NCBI GenBank assembly: GCA_010909165.1 | Contig: MU008159.1 | Span: forward strand, 496,001 to 560,000 | Direction of reading: 5' to 3' | DNA length: 64,000 bases | Source of the DNA: Anthoceros angustus | Lineage: Eukaryota; Plantae; Anthocerotophyta | Shown here: positions 12,755 through 27,690 of the stretch, in pieces | Position numbering within the stretch: position 1 is the stretch's first letter | How the letters are laid out: each line of letters begins with the position of its first letter | Notes under the pieces: model-generated | The model's input: the letters and a program-made list of their open reading frames with translations, nothing else | Databases searched by the model: none | What the model was told of the DNA's origin: nothing | Position numbers and translations under genes: made by a program

Positions 12755-13725
12755 CCCACGATGTTCCATCTGGTCATAAATCTTACTACTACCACTCTCA
12801 ATCGGCTCTATTTTTGGCCTCACTCAATCAGACGTCCGAGATTATGTCCTCCTTTGCAACTTATGCCAATGCAACAAAGCTTGTCACCAACGCCTTGCCG
12901 GCTGCTCCAACCCTTGCCTCCACCTCCAAACTACGCCACAGGAGCAAGTCACACTTGACTTCATAACCGGATTGCCTCGCAATGCTACTGGCTTTGATGC
13001 GTTGCTGGTCTTCACGAATAAGCTTACTCATCAAGTGCTCCTTGCCTCCACTACTGAGACATGCTCTAATGAACAAACTGCTGACTTATTCTGGAAAGTG
13101 GTTTATCGTGCCCATGGCCTCCCTCGCTCTCTTGTGAGCGATCATGATTCCAGGTTTACGTCCCGCTCGCAAGCGGTTCATGGTCTTGGCACCAAGCTCT
13201 GTATGTCTCATCGCCTTTTATCCTCGACGGATGGTGCTACGGGCGAGCTAATCAAGTTTTAGAGGATATACTCCGTGCTTATGCAGTGTGCACCAAACTC
13301 GGTGGCTGGACTTTCTCCACCTCGTTGAGTTTGCCTACAACAATGCCCCTAACGCCTCAACCCGAGTTACTCCATTCTTGTTCAACAAAGGTTTTCACCC
13401 CGCACGTTGCTTCCTTGCCTTCCTGCTTGTGTCCCTGCTTGTCGATTTTCTCACCAACGTGTCCAAATTCGCAGAGGCTCGTCGGTTTGCCCATGGAACC
13501 CAAAACCGCCAAGCCCAATCGCCAATCATCGTCGTCCTCAAGAATTTGCGGTTGGTACCTATGTCTTCTTGTCGCCGAATTTATCCTTCACGGGATTCGT
13601 AAGATTTCCTCGTTTTGTTGGTCCTTCAGTATCCTCCGTTGCATTGGCCCCATGGCCTATGAGCTTGCCCTTCCTCCCGAATCTCGCATTCACCCCGCCT
13701 TCCGAACACGTAACCATGTTTTGAT
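12755..13725 (+). mobile_element. Ty3/gypsy integrase fragment (array copy)
   Basis: HHCC finger (HDVP..H...YFWP...DYV..CNLCQCNK), LDFITGLP, SDHDSRF, VEFAYNN and GPY/F region, with frameshifts. Confidence 0.75.
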
Positions 13726-14348
13726 CCCGCATGACCGGTCTGCACCAGCTCGAGCTCGAGTATGCTCACATTGACGATGCACTTCATCCTTCCACCGCTC
13801 GACGACAATAGAATCTACCACCGCCGGGCATATTTCAAAGCCCTTGCACTCACGATCGGAAAAAGTGGGCTCGGAACTCATCTTGCGGTTGCTCGATCGC
13901 CATATCGAAGATGATGATTTGCAAGTTGGTTTCAAAGACATGGTAGCGACATGGTACCACGTGATTCCAAAGCGGAGTCGAAGGCGAAGGTCGACGATCG
14001 ATGTTTGGAATTTGAGGAGCATGGAGTGAATGCCTTTTATCATGTAAAAAATGTTTCGTTCTCATTTCTCTCTGCGATGATCGGCTCACCAGCGTTAAGC
14101 GTTAACGTGAGCGTTCGTTGGTGTGATGTTGCCTGCAAATGCGCGGAAGGAAAGAAATGATGTTCGACTGCGGCTACTCTTTAGTGAAAGCTTAATTTAA
14201 TATTTAATTGTAGCTAGCCCGCCACAACGTATTTGCGATGTTTGAAGCATAGACCAATGTTGCGGCAGACGGAAGGATGCAAAGCAGTTTGAGAGGAGTC
14301 TCTCAAAGCGAAAACAAGCTAACTAGGCATGTTCGTTGTTCTAATTAT

Positions 14349-15569
14349 TTATCCTTGTTGTTGCTTCCGGTGGCGAAATCCAAGGATCCAGCAGAAACAA
14401 TGGTGCTCACAAATTGCGTGTACGGGTAGGAGGAAGCCACCTCAAACCGCAGCGTTTGTCGCATATCGACACCCACCACCTTGCCCTCGTTATCGGGCAT
14501 GAGATATACGTCCGGCCCGCCACGACTCTCATATGAAAAGACATATGGTCGTCCGAGCGGCTGGCGGGCGAGTCGGTGAAGATGGAAGCGGGCATGGTGG
14601 CCATCACCGTCGGACATGCTCGCAAAATCTAGCTCCCACACCGCACTTCAAACATGGGCGGGCGATCCGAATCGCCACCCTATGGCCACGCATGAGCGGT
14701 CTCGCATGTTGAAGTGTCCCTTGCATTTAAGAACTTGGAATCCTGCACTAGGCTTGCGAATCATATAGCTCCAAGCCCGCTTGAAGACGCCAAGAGCGAC
14801 TGCGACATCCTCATGAGGCACGTGAAACGCTGCCCACAAACACTCCGTACCCCATATCGAAGCAGGCGTCGCGAACAAGCACGTCCATGGCACTGGTTGT
14901 CTCACTCCACCTCCAAAGCGCGGAGTCGAAGACGAAGGTCGACACAGGTTTGTCCATGTTCTCCACACCGCTACCCCACCGACTCCCTGGATTCACCGCC
15001 ACCAGCTTGAGGGAGCGCGCTTTGGCGTCCACCCACACGCCCCGCACATGATGGAGCCGCAAGTCACCCGGGAGAGCCGGCAGCCGGGTCCAGGAGCGCA
15101 CCACCGGGTTGCCCAAGTGCGGGATGGCCATCGCCCGCCACGACTCTCATATGAAAAGACATGAGCAAGCCGCATGCCGCTACTTGGGAGCTCCAAAACC
15201 CACGTCCGTGGCCGCTGTTCGGTGGCGGCGTCGACGGACTGGTCCGACCGCGGCTTGGGTGGCATCCACGGCGAGTCGGAGCTTGTACCGGTTGGAGGCG
15301 GTCGTGACGCACGAGGCTTTGCGTAGGTTGTAAAGCCCGCCACGAAAAGCATCCAATCCGTTCTCCCGCAATTCCACCCGCTCCTTCAACAACAAGGCGA
15401 CAACACGGCCTTGTTCAACTCTCTGCACACCGTGCGCAATCGCAGCGAGCTCGGCACGGCACCTTTGCGGGATCGTCATCACAATGTCGTGAGGCGGTCA
15501 CTCCATTCATCTCCACCCTCCTCGGCATCCATCCATCCTTGTCTCACACCCTTCCACCTCCGCATCCAT
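14349..15569 (-). pseudogene. F-box protein copy 2 (frameshifted)
   Basis: Near-identical to the reference copy. Confidence 0.65.
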
Positions 15570-16634
15570 CCCACACCCCGCAATTGCTACAACCTACAAC
15601 GGAATACGGATGATGTCGAACCTCCGATAGCTACCCACTCCGACCACGGGATATAGAGCTCTAGGCCTTGAAAAGCTAGCTCGAGGCGGAACTCAAGGGA
15701 AGAAGCAAGTGAGTCGATGATTATTTTGGTGTGTGGATCGCACATATATAGCCTTTACAAATTTGGGCTTGGCGATTCTCGGTGTTCTTCAACTCACCTC
15801 CAAACTACGTCACGGGATATAGAGCTCTAGGCCTTGCAAAGCTAGCTCAAGGGACGAAGCAAGTGAGTCGATAATAATTTTGGTGTGTGGGATCGCACAT
15901 ATATAGCCTTTAAAATTTGGTCTTGGTAGATTCTCGGTGTTCTTCAACTCACCTCAAACTACGTCACATGATATAGAGCTAAGACATGCAAAGCTAGTTC
16001 GAGGAGAAGCTTAAGGAAGAAGAAGCAAGTGAGTCTAGATTCTCGTAAGATTCTAGTGGACACCAGACTTTCCAATAGCATGTTGCGGAACCTACATACA
16101 TATGTATATATGCGATTTTGGCATCTTCTCTACGTTGGATATGAGTGCAAAGTGCACATGGGAAAGCAGGCATTGTATATATATGTGGAGGAGATGGACA
16201 AGCCTCGAGGCGTACCATAGCATACGATATCCTTCATTGGATGTGAATGCAAACGCATGGGAGAAAAATAATTGGTTTTATTAAAGAAAGAGAATAGATT
16301 GGGGTCAGCCATCTATGAAAGGACATCAAAGGAAGATCGCAAGGATTGCTATAGATAGGAGCAATCCTATCAAGTGGGATGAAGAGGTGGCTTGCATGCA
16401 TTGCCCTATGCTTAGTGACCTTGAAAGCCATCCGTTAGCTATTGCTAACCATGTTTCATTAACACTAATCAATACTTAATTAATGTAAGCGCTTTAGATT
16501 AATTAATACTAATTACTTAAAGACAAGTCATTAGATTAATTAATGCTAATCAAACACTAAACCCAAGTGCAGAGTAGTGTCACATGGTATGACATCCCTT
16601 AAGTTCCCCATATTTGCGGGCTTTGATTTGAAGC

Positions 16635-17670
16635 CCACGATGTTCCATCTGGTCATAAATCTTACTACTACCACTCTCAATCGGCTCTATTTTTGGCCTC
16701 ACTCAATCAGACGTCCGAGATTATGTCCTCCTTTGCAACTTATGCCAATGCAACAAAGCTTGTCACCAACGCCTTGCCGGCTGCTCCAACCCTTGCTGTC
16801 CCTTTCGCCACAGGAGCAAGTCACACTTGACTTCATAACCGGATTGCCTGCTCCAACCCTTGCTGTCCCTTTCGCCTCGAGCAAGTCACACTTGACTTCA
16901 TAACCGGATTGCCTCGCAATGCTCGGCTTTGATGCGTTGCTGGTCTTCACGAATAAGCTTACTCATCAAGTGCTCCTTGCCTCCACTCGAGACATGCTCT
17001 CGAACAAAGCGACTTATTCGAAAGTGGTTTATCGTGCCCATGGCCTCCTCGCTCTCTTGTGAGCGATCATGATTCAGTTTACGTCCCGCTCGGCAAGCGG
17101 TTCATGGTCTTGGCACCAAGCTCGTATGTCTCGCCTTTTATCCTCGACGGATGGTGCTACGGGCGAGCTAATCAAGTTTTAGAGGATATACTCCGTGCTT
17201 ATGCAGGTGTGCGCCAAACTCGGTGGCTGGACTTTCTCCACCTCGTTGAGTTTGCCTACAACAACGCCCCTAACGCCTCAACCCGAGTTACTCCGTTCTT
17301 GTTCAACAAAGATTTTCACCCCCGCACGTTGCTTTCTGCTTCCTTGCCTTCCGCTGCTTGTGTCCCTGCTGCTTGTCGATGTTCTCACCCAACGTGTCCA
17401 AATCCTGCAGTAGGCTCGTCAGTTTGCCCATGGAACCCAAAACCGCCAAGCCCAATCTGCCAATCATCGTCGTCGTCCTCAAGAATTTGCAGTTGGTACC
17501 TATGTCTTGCTGTCTGCCCGAAATTTATCCCTTCCTGGGATTCGTAAGATTTCCCCTCGTTTTGTTGGTCCTTACCGTATCCTCCGTTGCATTGGCCCTG
17601 TGGCCCATGAGCTTGCCCTTCCTCCCGAATCTCGCATTCACCCCGCCTTCCGAACACGAACCATGTTTTG
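16635..17670 (+). mobile_element. Ty3/gypsy integrase fragment (array copy)
   Basis: QEQVTLDFITGLP; RANQVLEDILRAYAGVRQTRWLDFLHLVEFAYNN. Confidence 0.7.
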
Positions 17671-18339
17671 ATCACACCGTGCGCAATCGCAGCAGCTCGG
17701 CATCCACGGCTCGAGCTCGAGTATGCTCACATTGACCGATGCACTTCATCCTTCCACCTTCGAACGACAATAGAATCTACCGCCGGGCATATTTCAAAGC
17801 CCCTTGCACTCACGATCGGAAAAAGTGGGCTCGGAACTCATCTTGCGGTTGCTCGCTCGATCGATCGCCATATCGAAGATGATGATTTGCAAGTTGGTTT
17901 CAAAGACATGGTAGCGACATGGTACCACGTGATTCCAAAGCGAGTCGGTGTGACGATCGATGTTTGGAATTTGAGGAGCATGGAGTGAATGCCTTTTATC
18001 ATGTAAAAAATGTTCGTTCTCATTTCTCTCGATGATCGGCTCACCAACGTTAACGTTAACGTTAACGTGAGCGTTCGTTGGTGTGATGTTGCCGCAAATG
18101 CGCGGAAGGAAAGAAATGATGTTCTTTGCAAATGCGCGGAAGGAAAGAAATGATGTTCGACGGGCTGCTCTTTAGTGAAAGCTTAATTTAATATTTAATT
18201 GTAGCTAGCCCGCTACACAAGGGCGATTGCGGATAGTTTGAAGCATAGACCAATGTTGCGGCGACGGAAGGATGCAAAGCAGTTTGAGAGGAGTCTCTCA
18301 AAGCGAAAACAAGCTAGGCATGTTCGTTGTTCTAATTAT

Positions 18340-19559
18340 TTATCCTTGTTGTTGCTTCCGGTGGCGAAATCCGACCAAGGATCCAGCAGAAACACTGGTG
18401 CTCACAAACTGCGTGTACGGGTAGGAGGGAAGCCACCTCCAAACCGCAGGCGTTTGTCGCATATCGACACCCACCACCTTGCCCTCGTTATCAGGCATGA
18501 GATATACTTCGTCCGGCCCCGCCACGACTCTCATATGAAAAGACATATGGTCGTCCGAACGGCCTGGCGGGCAGAATTCAGTGAAGATGGAAGCGGGCAT
18601 GGTGGCCATCACCGTCCAGGACATGCTCGCAAAATCTAGCTCCCACACCTGCACTTCAAACATGGGCGGGCAGTCCTGGAATCGCTGCCACCCTATGGCC
18701 ACGCACAGCAGGCGGTCTCGCATGTTGAAGTGTCCCTTGCATTTAAGAACTTGGAATCACACTAGGCTTGCAGAATCATATAGCTCCAATCGCCGCATGC
18801 GCCAGATTGCACTGCGACATCCTCATGAGGCACGTGAGCACGCTGCCCACAAACACTCCGTACCCCATATCGAAGCAGGCGTCGCGAACAAGCACGTCCA
18901 TGGCACGGTTGTCTCACTCCACCTCCAAAGCGGAGTCGAGGCGAAGGTCGACAGTTTGTCCATGTTCTCCACCGCTACCCCACCGACTCCTGGATTCACC
19001 GCCACCAGCTTGAGGGAGCGCGCTTTGGCGTCCACCCACACGCCCGCACATGATGGAGCCGCAAGTCACCCGGGAGAGCCGGCGGTCGAGCGCACTGCCG
19101 GGTTGCCCAAGTGCGGGATGGCCATCGCCCGCCCGGCATGGCGGACATGAGCAAGCCGCCGCATGCCGCTACTTGGGAGCTCCAAAACCCACGTCGTGGC
19201 CTGTCCGGTGGCGGCGTCGGCGGACTGGTCCGACCGCGGCTTGGTGGCATCCACGGCGAGTCGGAGCTTGTACCAGCGGTTGGAGGCGGTCGTGACGCCG
19301 CGAGGCTTTGCGGCGTAGGTTGTAAAGCACGCCACGAAAAGCATCCAATCCGTTCTCCGCCGCAATTCCACCCGCTCCTTCAACAACAAGGCGACAACAC
19401 GGCCTTGTTCAACTCTCTGCACACCGTGCGCAATCGCAGCAGCTCGGCACGGCACCTTTGCCGGGATCGTCATCACAATGTCGTGAGGCGGTCACTCCAT
19501 TCATCTCCACCCTCCTCGGCATCCATCCTTGTCTCACACCCTTCCACCTCCGCATCCAT
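18340..19559 (-). pseudogene. F-box protein copy 3 (frameshifted)
   Basis: Near-identical. The C-terminus ...WRWLPSYPYTQFVS... is intact in ORF 18340-18723. Confidence 0.65.
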
Positions 19560-20371
19560 CCCACACCGCAATTGCTACAACCTACAACGGAATACGGATG
19601 ATGTCGAACCTCCGATAGCTACCCACTCCGACCACGGGATATAGAGCTCTAGGCCTTGAAAAGCTAGCTCGAGGCGAGCTCAAGGGAAGAAGCAAGTGAG
19701 TCGATGATTATTTTGGTGTGTGGGATCGCACATATATAGCCTTTACAAATTTGGGCTTGGCGATTCTCGGTGTTCTTCAACTCACCTCCAAACTACACAG
19801 GATATAGAGCTCTAGGCCTTGCAAAGCTAGCTCAAGGGAAGCAAGTGAGTCGATAATAATTTTGGTGTGGGATCGCACATATATAGCCTTTAAAATTTGG
19901 TCTTGGTAGATTCTCGGTGTTCTTCAACTCACCTCCAAACTACGTCACATGATATAGAGCTAAGACATGCAAAGCTAGTTCGAGGAGAAGCTTAAGGAAG
20001 AAGAAGCAAGTGAGTCTAGATTCTCGTAAGATTCTAGTGGACACCAGACTTTCCAATAGCATGTTGCGGCCGGAACCTACATACATATGTATATATGCGA
20101 TTTTGGCATCTTCTACGTTGGATATGAGTGCAAAGTGCACATGGGAAAGCATTGTATATATATGTGGAGGAGATGGACAAGCCTCGAGGCGTACCATAGC
20201 ATACGATATCCTTCATTGGATGTGAATGCAAAGCGCACATGGGAGAAAAATAATTGGTTTTATTAAAGAAAGAGAATAGATTGGGGTCAGCCATCTATGA
20301 AAGGACATCAAAGGAAGATCGCAAGGATTGCTATAGATAGGAGCAATCCACAAGCTCAAGTGGGATGAAGA

Positions 20372-21739
20372 GGTGGCATCCACGACGAGTCGGAGCTTGT
20401 ACCAGCGGTTGGAGGCGGTCGTGACGCACGAGGCTTTGCGGCGTAGGTTGTAAAGCACGCCACGAAAAGCATCAATCCGTTCTCCGCTCGCAATTCCACC
20501 GCTCCTTCAACAACAAGGCGACAACACGGCCTTGTTCAACTCTCGCACACCGTGCGCAATCGCAGCAGCTCGGCACGGCACCTTTGCGGGATCGTCATCA
20601 CAATGTCGTGAGGCGGTCACTCCATTCATCTCCACCCTCCTCGGCATCCATCCTTGTCTCACACCCTTCCACCTCCGCATCCATCCCACACCGCAATTGC
20701 TACAACCTACAACGGAATACGGATGATGTCGAACCTCCGATAGCTACCCACTCCGACCACGGGATATAGAGCTCTAGGCCTTGAAAAGCTAGCTCGAGGC
20801 GGAAGCTCAAGGGAAGCAAGTGAGTCGATGATTATTTTGGTGTGTGGGATCGCATATATAGCCTTTACAAATTTGGGCTTGGATTCTCGGTGTTCTTCAA
20901 CTCACCTCCAAACTACGTCACGGGATATAGAGCTCTAGGCCTTGCAAAGCTAGCTCAAGGGAAGAAGCAAGTGAGTCGATAATAATTTTGGTGTGTGGGA
21001 TCGCACATATATAGCCTTTAAAATTTGGTCTTGGTAGATTCTCGGTGTTCTTCAACTCACCTCCAAACTACGTCCACGGGATATAGAGCTAAGACATGCA
21101 AAGCTAGTTCGAGGAGAAGCTTAAGGAAGAAGAAGCAAGTGAGTCTAGATTCTCGTAAGATTCTAGTGGACACCAGACTTTCCAATAGCATGTTGCGGCG
21201 GAACCTACATACATATGTATATATGCGATTTTGGCATCTTCTCTCGTTGGATATGAGTGCAAAGTGCACATGGGAAAGCGAGCATTGTATATATATGTGG
21301 AGGAGATGGACAAGCCTCGAGGCGTACCATAGCATACGATATCCTTCATTGGATGTGAATGCAAAGCGCACATGGGAGAAAAATAATTGGTTTTATTAAA
21401 GAAAGAGAATAGATTGGGGTCACCATCTATGAAAGGACATCAAAGGAAGATCGCAAGGATTGCTATAGATAGGAGCAATCCACAAGCATCCAATCCGTTC
21501 TCCGCCGCAATTCCACCGCTCCTTCAACAACAAGGCGACAACACGGCCTTGTTCAACTCTCTGCACACCGTGCGCAACCGGAGCAGGCTCGGCACCGGCA
21601 CCTTTGCTAGGATCGTCATCACAATGTCGTGAGGTAGGTCACTCCATTCATCTCCACCCTCCTCGGCATCCATCCTTGTCTCACACCCTTCCACCTTCGC
21701 ATCCATCCTTGTCTCCCACCCTTCCACCTCCGCATCCAT
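20372..21739 (-). pseudogene. Two 5'-only F-box fragments (20372-20684, 21487-21739) with intervening upstream repeats
   Basis: ORF 21524-21739 reads WSDLPHDIVMTILAKVPVPSLLRLRTVCRELN. Confidence 0.6.
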
Positions 21740-22864
21740 CCCACACCCTGCAATTGCTGGAACCTACAACGGAATACGGATGATGTCGAACCTCCGATAG
21801 CTACCCACTCCGACCACAGGATATAGAGCTCTAGGCCTTGAAAAGCTAGCTCGAGGCAAAAGCTCAAGGGAAGAAGCAAGTGAGTCGATGATTATTTTGG
21901 TGTGTGGGATCGCACATATATAGCCTTTAAAATTTGGTCTTGGTAGATTCTCGGTGTTCTTCAACTCACCTCCAAACTACGTCACGGGATATAGAGCTCT
22001 AGGCCTTGCAAAGCTAGCTCAAGGGACGAAGCAAGTGAGTCGATAATAATTTTGGTGTGTGGGATCGCATATATAGCCTTTAAAATTTGGTCTTGGTAGA
22101 TTCTCGGTGTTCTTCAACTCACCTCAAACTACGTCACGGGATATAGAGCTAAGACATGCAAAGCTAGTTCGAGGAGAAGCTTAAGGAAGAAGAAGCAAGT
22201 GAGTCGATAATAATTTTGGTGTGGGATCGCATATATAGCCTTTAAAATTTGGTCTTGGTAGATTCTCGTAAGATTCTAGTGGACAAGCCTCGAGGCGTAC
22301 CATAGCATGTTGCGGCGGAACCTACATACATATGTATATATGCGATTTTGGCATCTTCTCGTTGGATATGAGTGCAAAGTGCACATGGGAAAGCAGGCAT
22401 TGTATATATATGTGGAGGAGATGGACAAGCCTCGAGGCGTACCATAGCATACGATATCCTTCATTGGATGTGAATGCAAAGCGCACATGGGAGAAAAATA
22501 ATTGGTTTTATTAAAGAAAGAGAATAGATTGGGGTCACCATCTATGAAAGGACATCAAAGGAAGATCGCAAGGATTGCTATAGATAGGAGCAATCCAAAC
22601 TGCCCAAGTGGGATGAAGAGGTGGCTTGCATGCATTGCCCTATGCTTAGTGACCTTGAAAGCCATCCGTTAGCTATTGCTAACCATGTTTCATTAACACT
22701 AATCAATACTTAATTAATGTAGCGCTTTAGATTAATTAATACTAATTACTTAAAGACAAGTCATTAGATTAATTAATGCTAATCAAACACTAAACCCAAG
22801 TGCAGAGTAGTGTCACGGTATGACATCCCTTAAGTTCCCCATATTTGCGGGCTTTGATTTGAAG

Positions 22865-23825
22865 CCCACGATGTTCCATCTACAGTCATAAATCTTACTA
22901 CTACCACTCTCAATCGGCTCTATTTTTGGCCTCACTCAATCGGGACGTCCGAGATTATGTCCTCCTTTGCAACTTATGCCAATGCAACAAAGCTTGTCAC
23001 CAACGCCTTGCCGGCTGCTCCAACCCTTGCCTCCCTTTATCGCCTCGGAGCAAGTCACACTTGACTTCATAACCGGATTGCCTCGCAATGCTCGGCTTTG
23101 ATGCGTTCTGGTCTTCACGAATAAGCTTACTCATCAAGTGCTCCTTGCCTCCACTCGAGACATGCTCTCGAACAAAGCGACTTATTCGGAAAGTGGTTTA
23201 TCGTGCCCATGGCCTCCCTCGCTCTCTTGTGAGCGATCATGATTCAGTTTACGTCCCGCTCGGCAAGCGGTTCCGTGGTCTTGGCACCAAGCTCGTATGT
23301 CTCGCCTTTTATCCTCGACGGATGGTGCTACGAGCGAGCTAATCAAGTTTTAGAGGATATACTCCGTGCTTATGCGGTGTGCACCAAACTCGGTGGCTGG
23401 ACTTTCTCCACCTCGTTGAGTTTGCCTACAACAACGCCCCTAACGCCTCAACCCGAGTTACTCCATTCTTGTTCAACAAAGGTTTTCACCCACGTTGCTT
23501 TCGCTTCCTTGCCTTCCTTGCCTTCCGCTTGTGTCCCTGCGCTTGTCGATTTTCTCACCAACGTGTCCAAATCTGCAGAGGCTCGTCGGTTTGCCCATGG
23601 AACCCAAAACCGCCAAGCCCAATCGCCAATCATCGTCGTCGTCCTCAAGAATTTGCGGTTGGTACCTATGTCTTCTTGCTGAATTTATCCCTTCACGGGA
23701 TTAAGATTTCCCTCGTTTTGTTGGTCCTTCGTATCCTCCGTTGCATTGGCCCTGTGGCCTATGAGCTTGCCCTTCCTCCCGAATCTCGCATTCACCCTCT
23801 TCCGAACACGAACCATGTTTTGATC
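22865..23825 (+). mobile_element. Ty3/gypsy integrase fragment (array copy)
   Basis: Same motifs as the other copies. Confidence 0.7.
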
Positions 23826-24435
23826 CCGCATGACGGTCTTGCACAGGCTCGAGCTCGAGTATGCTCACATTGACTGATGCACTTCATCCTTCCACGCTGA
23901 CGACAATAGAATCTACCGCCCGGGCATATTTCAAAGCCCCTTGCACTCACGATCGGAAAAAGTGGGCTCGAACTCATCTTGCAGTTGCTCGCTCGATCGC
24001 CATATCGAAGATGATGATTTGCAAGTTGGTTTCAAAGACATGGTAGCGACATGGTACCACGTGATTCCGTCGATGTGACGATCGATGTTTGGAATTTGAG
24101 GAGCATGGAGTGAATGCCTTTTATCATGTAAAAAATGTTCGTTCTCATTTCTCTCGCGATGATCACCACCAACGTTAACGTTAACGTGAGCGTTCGTTGG
24201 TGTGATGTTGCCGTGCAAATGCGCGGAAGGAAAGAAATGATGTTCGGCCGCTGCTCTTTAGTGAAAGCTTAATTAATATTTAATTGTAGCTAGCCCGCTA
24301 CACAAGGCGGTCGATGTGACGATCGATGTTTGAAGCATAGACCAATGTTGCGGCGACGGAAGGATGCAAAGCAGTTTGAGAGGAGTCTCTCAAAGCGAAA
24401 ACAAGCTAACTAGGCATGTTCGTTGTTCTAATTAT

Positions 24436-25679
24436 TTATCCTTGTTGTTGCTTCCGGTGGCGAAATCCAGCCAAGGATCCAGCGAAAACACTGGTGCTCA
24501 CAAATGCGTGTACGGGTAGGAGGAAGCCACCTCCAAAACCGCAGGCGTTTGTCGCATATCGACACCCACCACCTTGCCCTCGTTATCGGGCATGAGATAT
24601 ACTGTCCGGCCCGCCACGACTCTCATATGAAAAGACATATGGTCGTCCGACGGCTGGCGGGCGGTCGGTGAAGATGGAAGCGGGCATGGTGGCCATCACC
24701 GTCCGTGACATGCTCGCAAAATCTAGCTCCCACACACTTCAAACATGGGCGGGCGATCCGAATCGCCACCCTATGGCCACGCCGGCGGTCTCGCATGTTG
24801 AAGTGTCCCTTGCATTTAAGAACTTGGAATCTCGCACTAGGCTTGCGCAGAATCATATAGCTCCAAGCGGCCCGCTTGACGATGCGCCGATTGCGACTGC
24901 GACATCCTCATGAGGCACGTAGAGCACGCTGCCCACAAACACTCCGTACCCCATATCGAAACAGGCGTCGCGAACAAGCACGTCCATGGCACTGGTTGTC
25001 TCACTCCACCTCCAAAGCGCGGAGTCGAAGACGAAGGTCGACATAGGTTTGTCCATGTTCTCCACACCGCTACCCCACCGACTCCCTGGATTCACCGCCA
25101 CCAGCTTGAGGGAGCGCGCTTTGGCGTCCACCCACACGCCCGCACATGATGGAGCCGCAAGTCACCCGGGAGGCCGGCCGGGTCGAGGCGCTGCCGGGTT
25201 GCCCAAGTGCGGGATGGCCATCACCGTGACATGCTCGCAAAATCTAGCTCCCACACGCCCGCACATGATGGAGCCGCCGCATGCCGCTACTTGGGAGCTC
25301 AAAACCCACGTCCGTGGCCGCTCCGGTGGCGGCGTCGACGGACTGGTCCGACCGCGGCTTGGGTGGCATCCACGGCGAGTCGGAGCTTGTACCAGCGGTT
25401 GGAGGCGGTCGTGACGCACGAGGCTTTGCCGGCGTGGGTTGTAAAGCACGCCACGAAAAGCATCCAATCCGTTCTCCCGCTCGCAATTCCACCCGCTCCT
25501 TCAACAACAAGGCGACAACACGGCCTTGTTCAACTCTCTGCACACCGTGCGCAATCGCAGCAGCTCGGCACGGCACCTTTGCGGGATCGTCATCACAATG
25601 TCGTGAGGCGGTCACTCCATTCATCTCCACCCTCCTCGGCATCCATCCTTGTCTCACACCCTTCCACCTCCGCATCCAT
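24436..25679 (-). pseudogene. F-box protein copy 4 (frameshifted)
   Basis: Near-identical to the reference copy. Confidence 0.65.
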
Positions 25680-26739
25680 CCCACACCGCAATTGCTACAA
25701 CCTACAACGGAATACGGATGATGTCGAACCTCCGATAGCTACCACTCCGACCACGGGATATAGAGCTCTAGGCCTTGAAAAGCTAGCTCGAGGCAGAAAC
25801 TCAAGGGAAGAAGCAAGTGAGTCTGATGATTATTTTGGTGTGTGGGATCGCACATATATAGCCTTTTACAAATTTGGGCTTGGCAGATTCTCAGTGTTCT
25901 TCAACTCACCTCCAAACTACGTCACAGGATATAGAGCTCTAGGCCTTGCAAAGCTAGCTCAAGGGACGAAGCAAGTGAGTCTTATAATAATTTTGGTGTG
26001 TGGGATCGCATATATAGCCTTTAAAATTTGGTCTTGGTAGATTCTCGGTGTTCTTCAACTCACCTCCAAACTACGTCACGGGATATAGAGCTAAGACATG
26101 CAAAGCTAGTTCGAGGAGAAGCTTAAGGAAGAAGCAAGTGAGTCTAGATTCTCGTAAGATTCTAGTGGACACCAGCTTTCCAATAGCATGTTGCGGAACC
26201 TACATATGTATATATGCGATTTTGGCATCTTCTCTCGTTGGATATGAGTGCAAAGTGCACATGGGAAAGCAGGCATTGTATATATATGTGGAGGAGATGG
26301 ACAAGCCTCGAGGCGTACCATAGCATACGATATCCTTCATTGGATGTGAATGCAAAGCGCACATGGGAGAAAAATAATTGGTTTTATTAAAGAAAGAGAA
26401 TAGATTGGGGTCAGCCATCTATGAAAGGACATCAAAGGAAGATCGCAAGGATTGCTATAGATAGGAGCAATCCTGCCCAAGTGGGATGAAGAGGTGGCTT
26501 GCATGCATTGCCCTATGCTTAGTGACCTTGAAAGCCATCCGTTAGCTATTGCTAACCATGTTTCATTAACACTAATCAATACTTAATTAATGTAGCGCTT
26601 TAGATTAATTAATACTAATTACTTAAAGACAAGTCATTAGATTAATTAATGCTAATCAAACACTAAACCCAAGTGCAGAGTAGTGTCACACGGTATGACA
26701 TCCCTTAAGTTCCCCATATTTGCGGGCTTTGATTTGAAG

Positions 26740-27690
26740 CCCACGATGTTCCATCTACAGTCATAAATCTTACTACTACCACTCTCAATCGGCTCTATTT
26801 TTGGCCTCACTCAATCGGGACGTCCGAGATTATGTCCTCCTTTGCAACTTATGCCAATGCAACAAAGCTTGTCACCAACGCCTTGCCGGCCTGCTCCAAC
26901 CCTTCCCTCCCTTTCGCCACGGGAGCAAGTCACACTTGACTTCATAACCGGATTGCCTCGCAATGCTACTGGCTTTGATGCGTTGCTGGTCTTCACGAAT
27001 AAGCTTACTCATCAAGTGCTCCTTGCCTCCACTCGAGACATGCTCTCGAACAAAGCTGACTTATTCGAAAGTGGTTTATCGTGCCCATGGCCTCCCTCGC
27101 TCTCTTGTGAGCGATCATGATTCAGTTTACGTCCGCTCGCAAGCGGTTCACTGGTCTTGGCACCAAGCTCGTATGTCTCGCCTTTTATCCTCGACGGATG
27201 GTGCTACGGGCGAGCTAATCAAGTTTTAGAGGATATACTCCGTGCTTATGCAGTGTGCACCAAACTCGGTGGCTGGACTTTCTCCACCTCGTTGAGTTTG
27301 CCTACAACAATGCCCCTAACGCCTCAACCCGAGTTACTCCATTCTTGTTCAACAAAGGTTTTCACCCCGCGTTGCTTCCTTGCCTTCGCTTGTGTCCCTG
27401 CTTGTCGATTTTCTCACCAACGTGTCCAAATTCGCAGAGGCTCGTCGGTTTGCCCATGGAACCCAAAACCGCCAAGCCCAATCGCCAATCATCGTCGTCG
27501 TCCTCAAGAATTTGCGGTTGGTACCTATGTCTTCTTTCGCCGAATTTATCCCTTCACGGGATTCGTAAGATTTCCCTCGTTTTGTTGGTCCTTACCGTAT
27601 CCTCCGTTGAATTGGCCCTGGCCTATGAGCTTGCCCTTCCTCCCGAATCTCGCATTCACCCCGCCTTCCGAACACGAACCATGTTTTGAT
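26740..27690 (+). mobile_element. Ty3/gypsy integrase fragment (array copy)
   Basis: EQVTLDFITGLPRNATGFDALLVFTNKLTH. Confidence 0.7.
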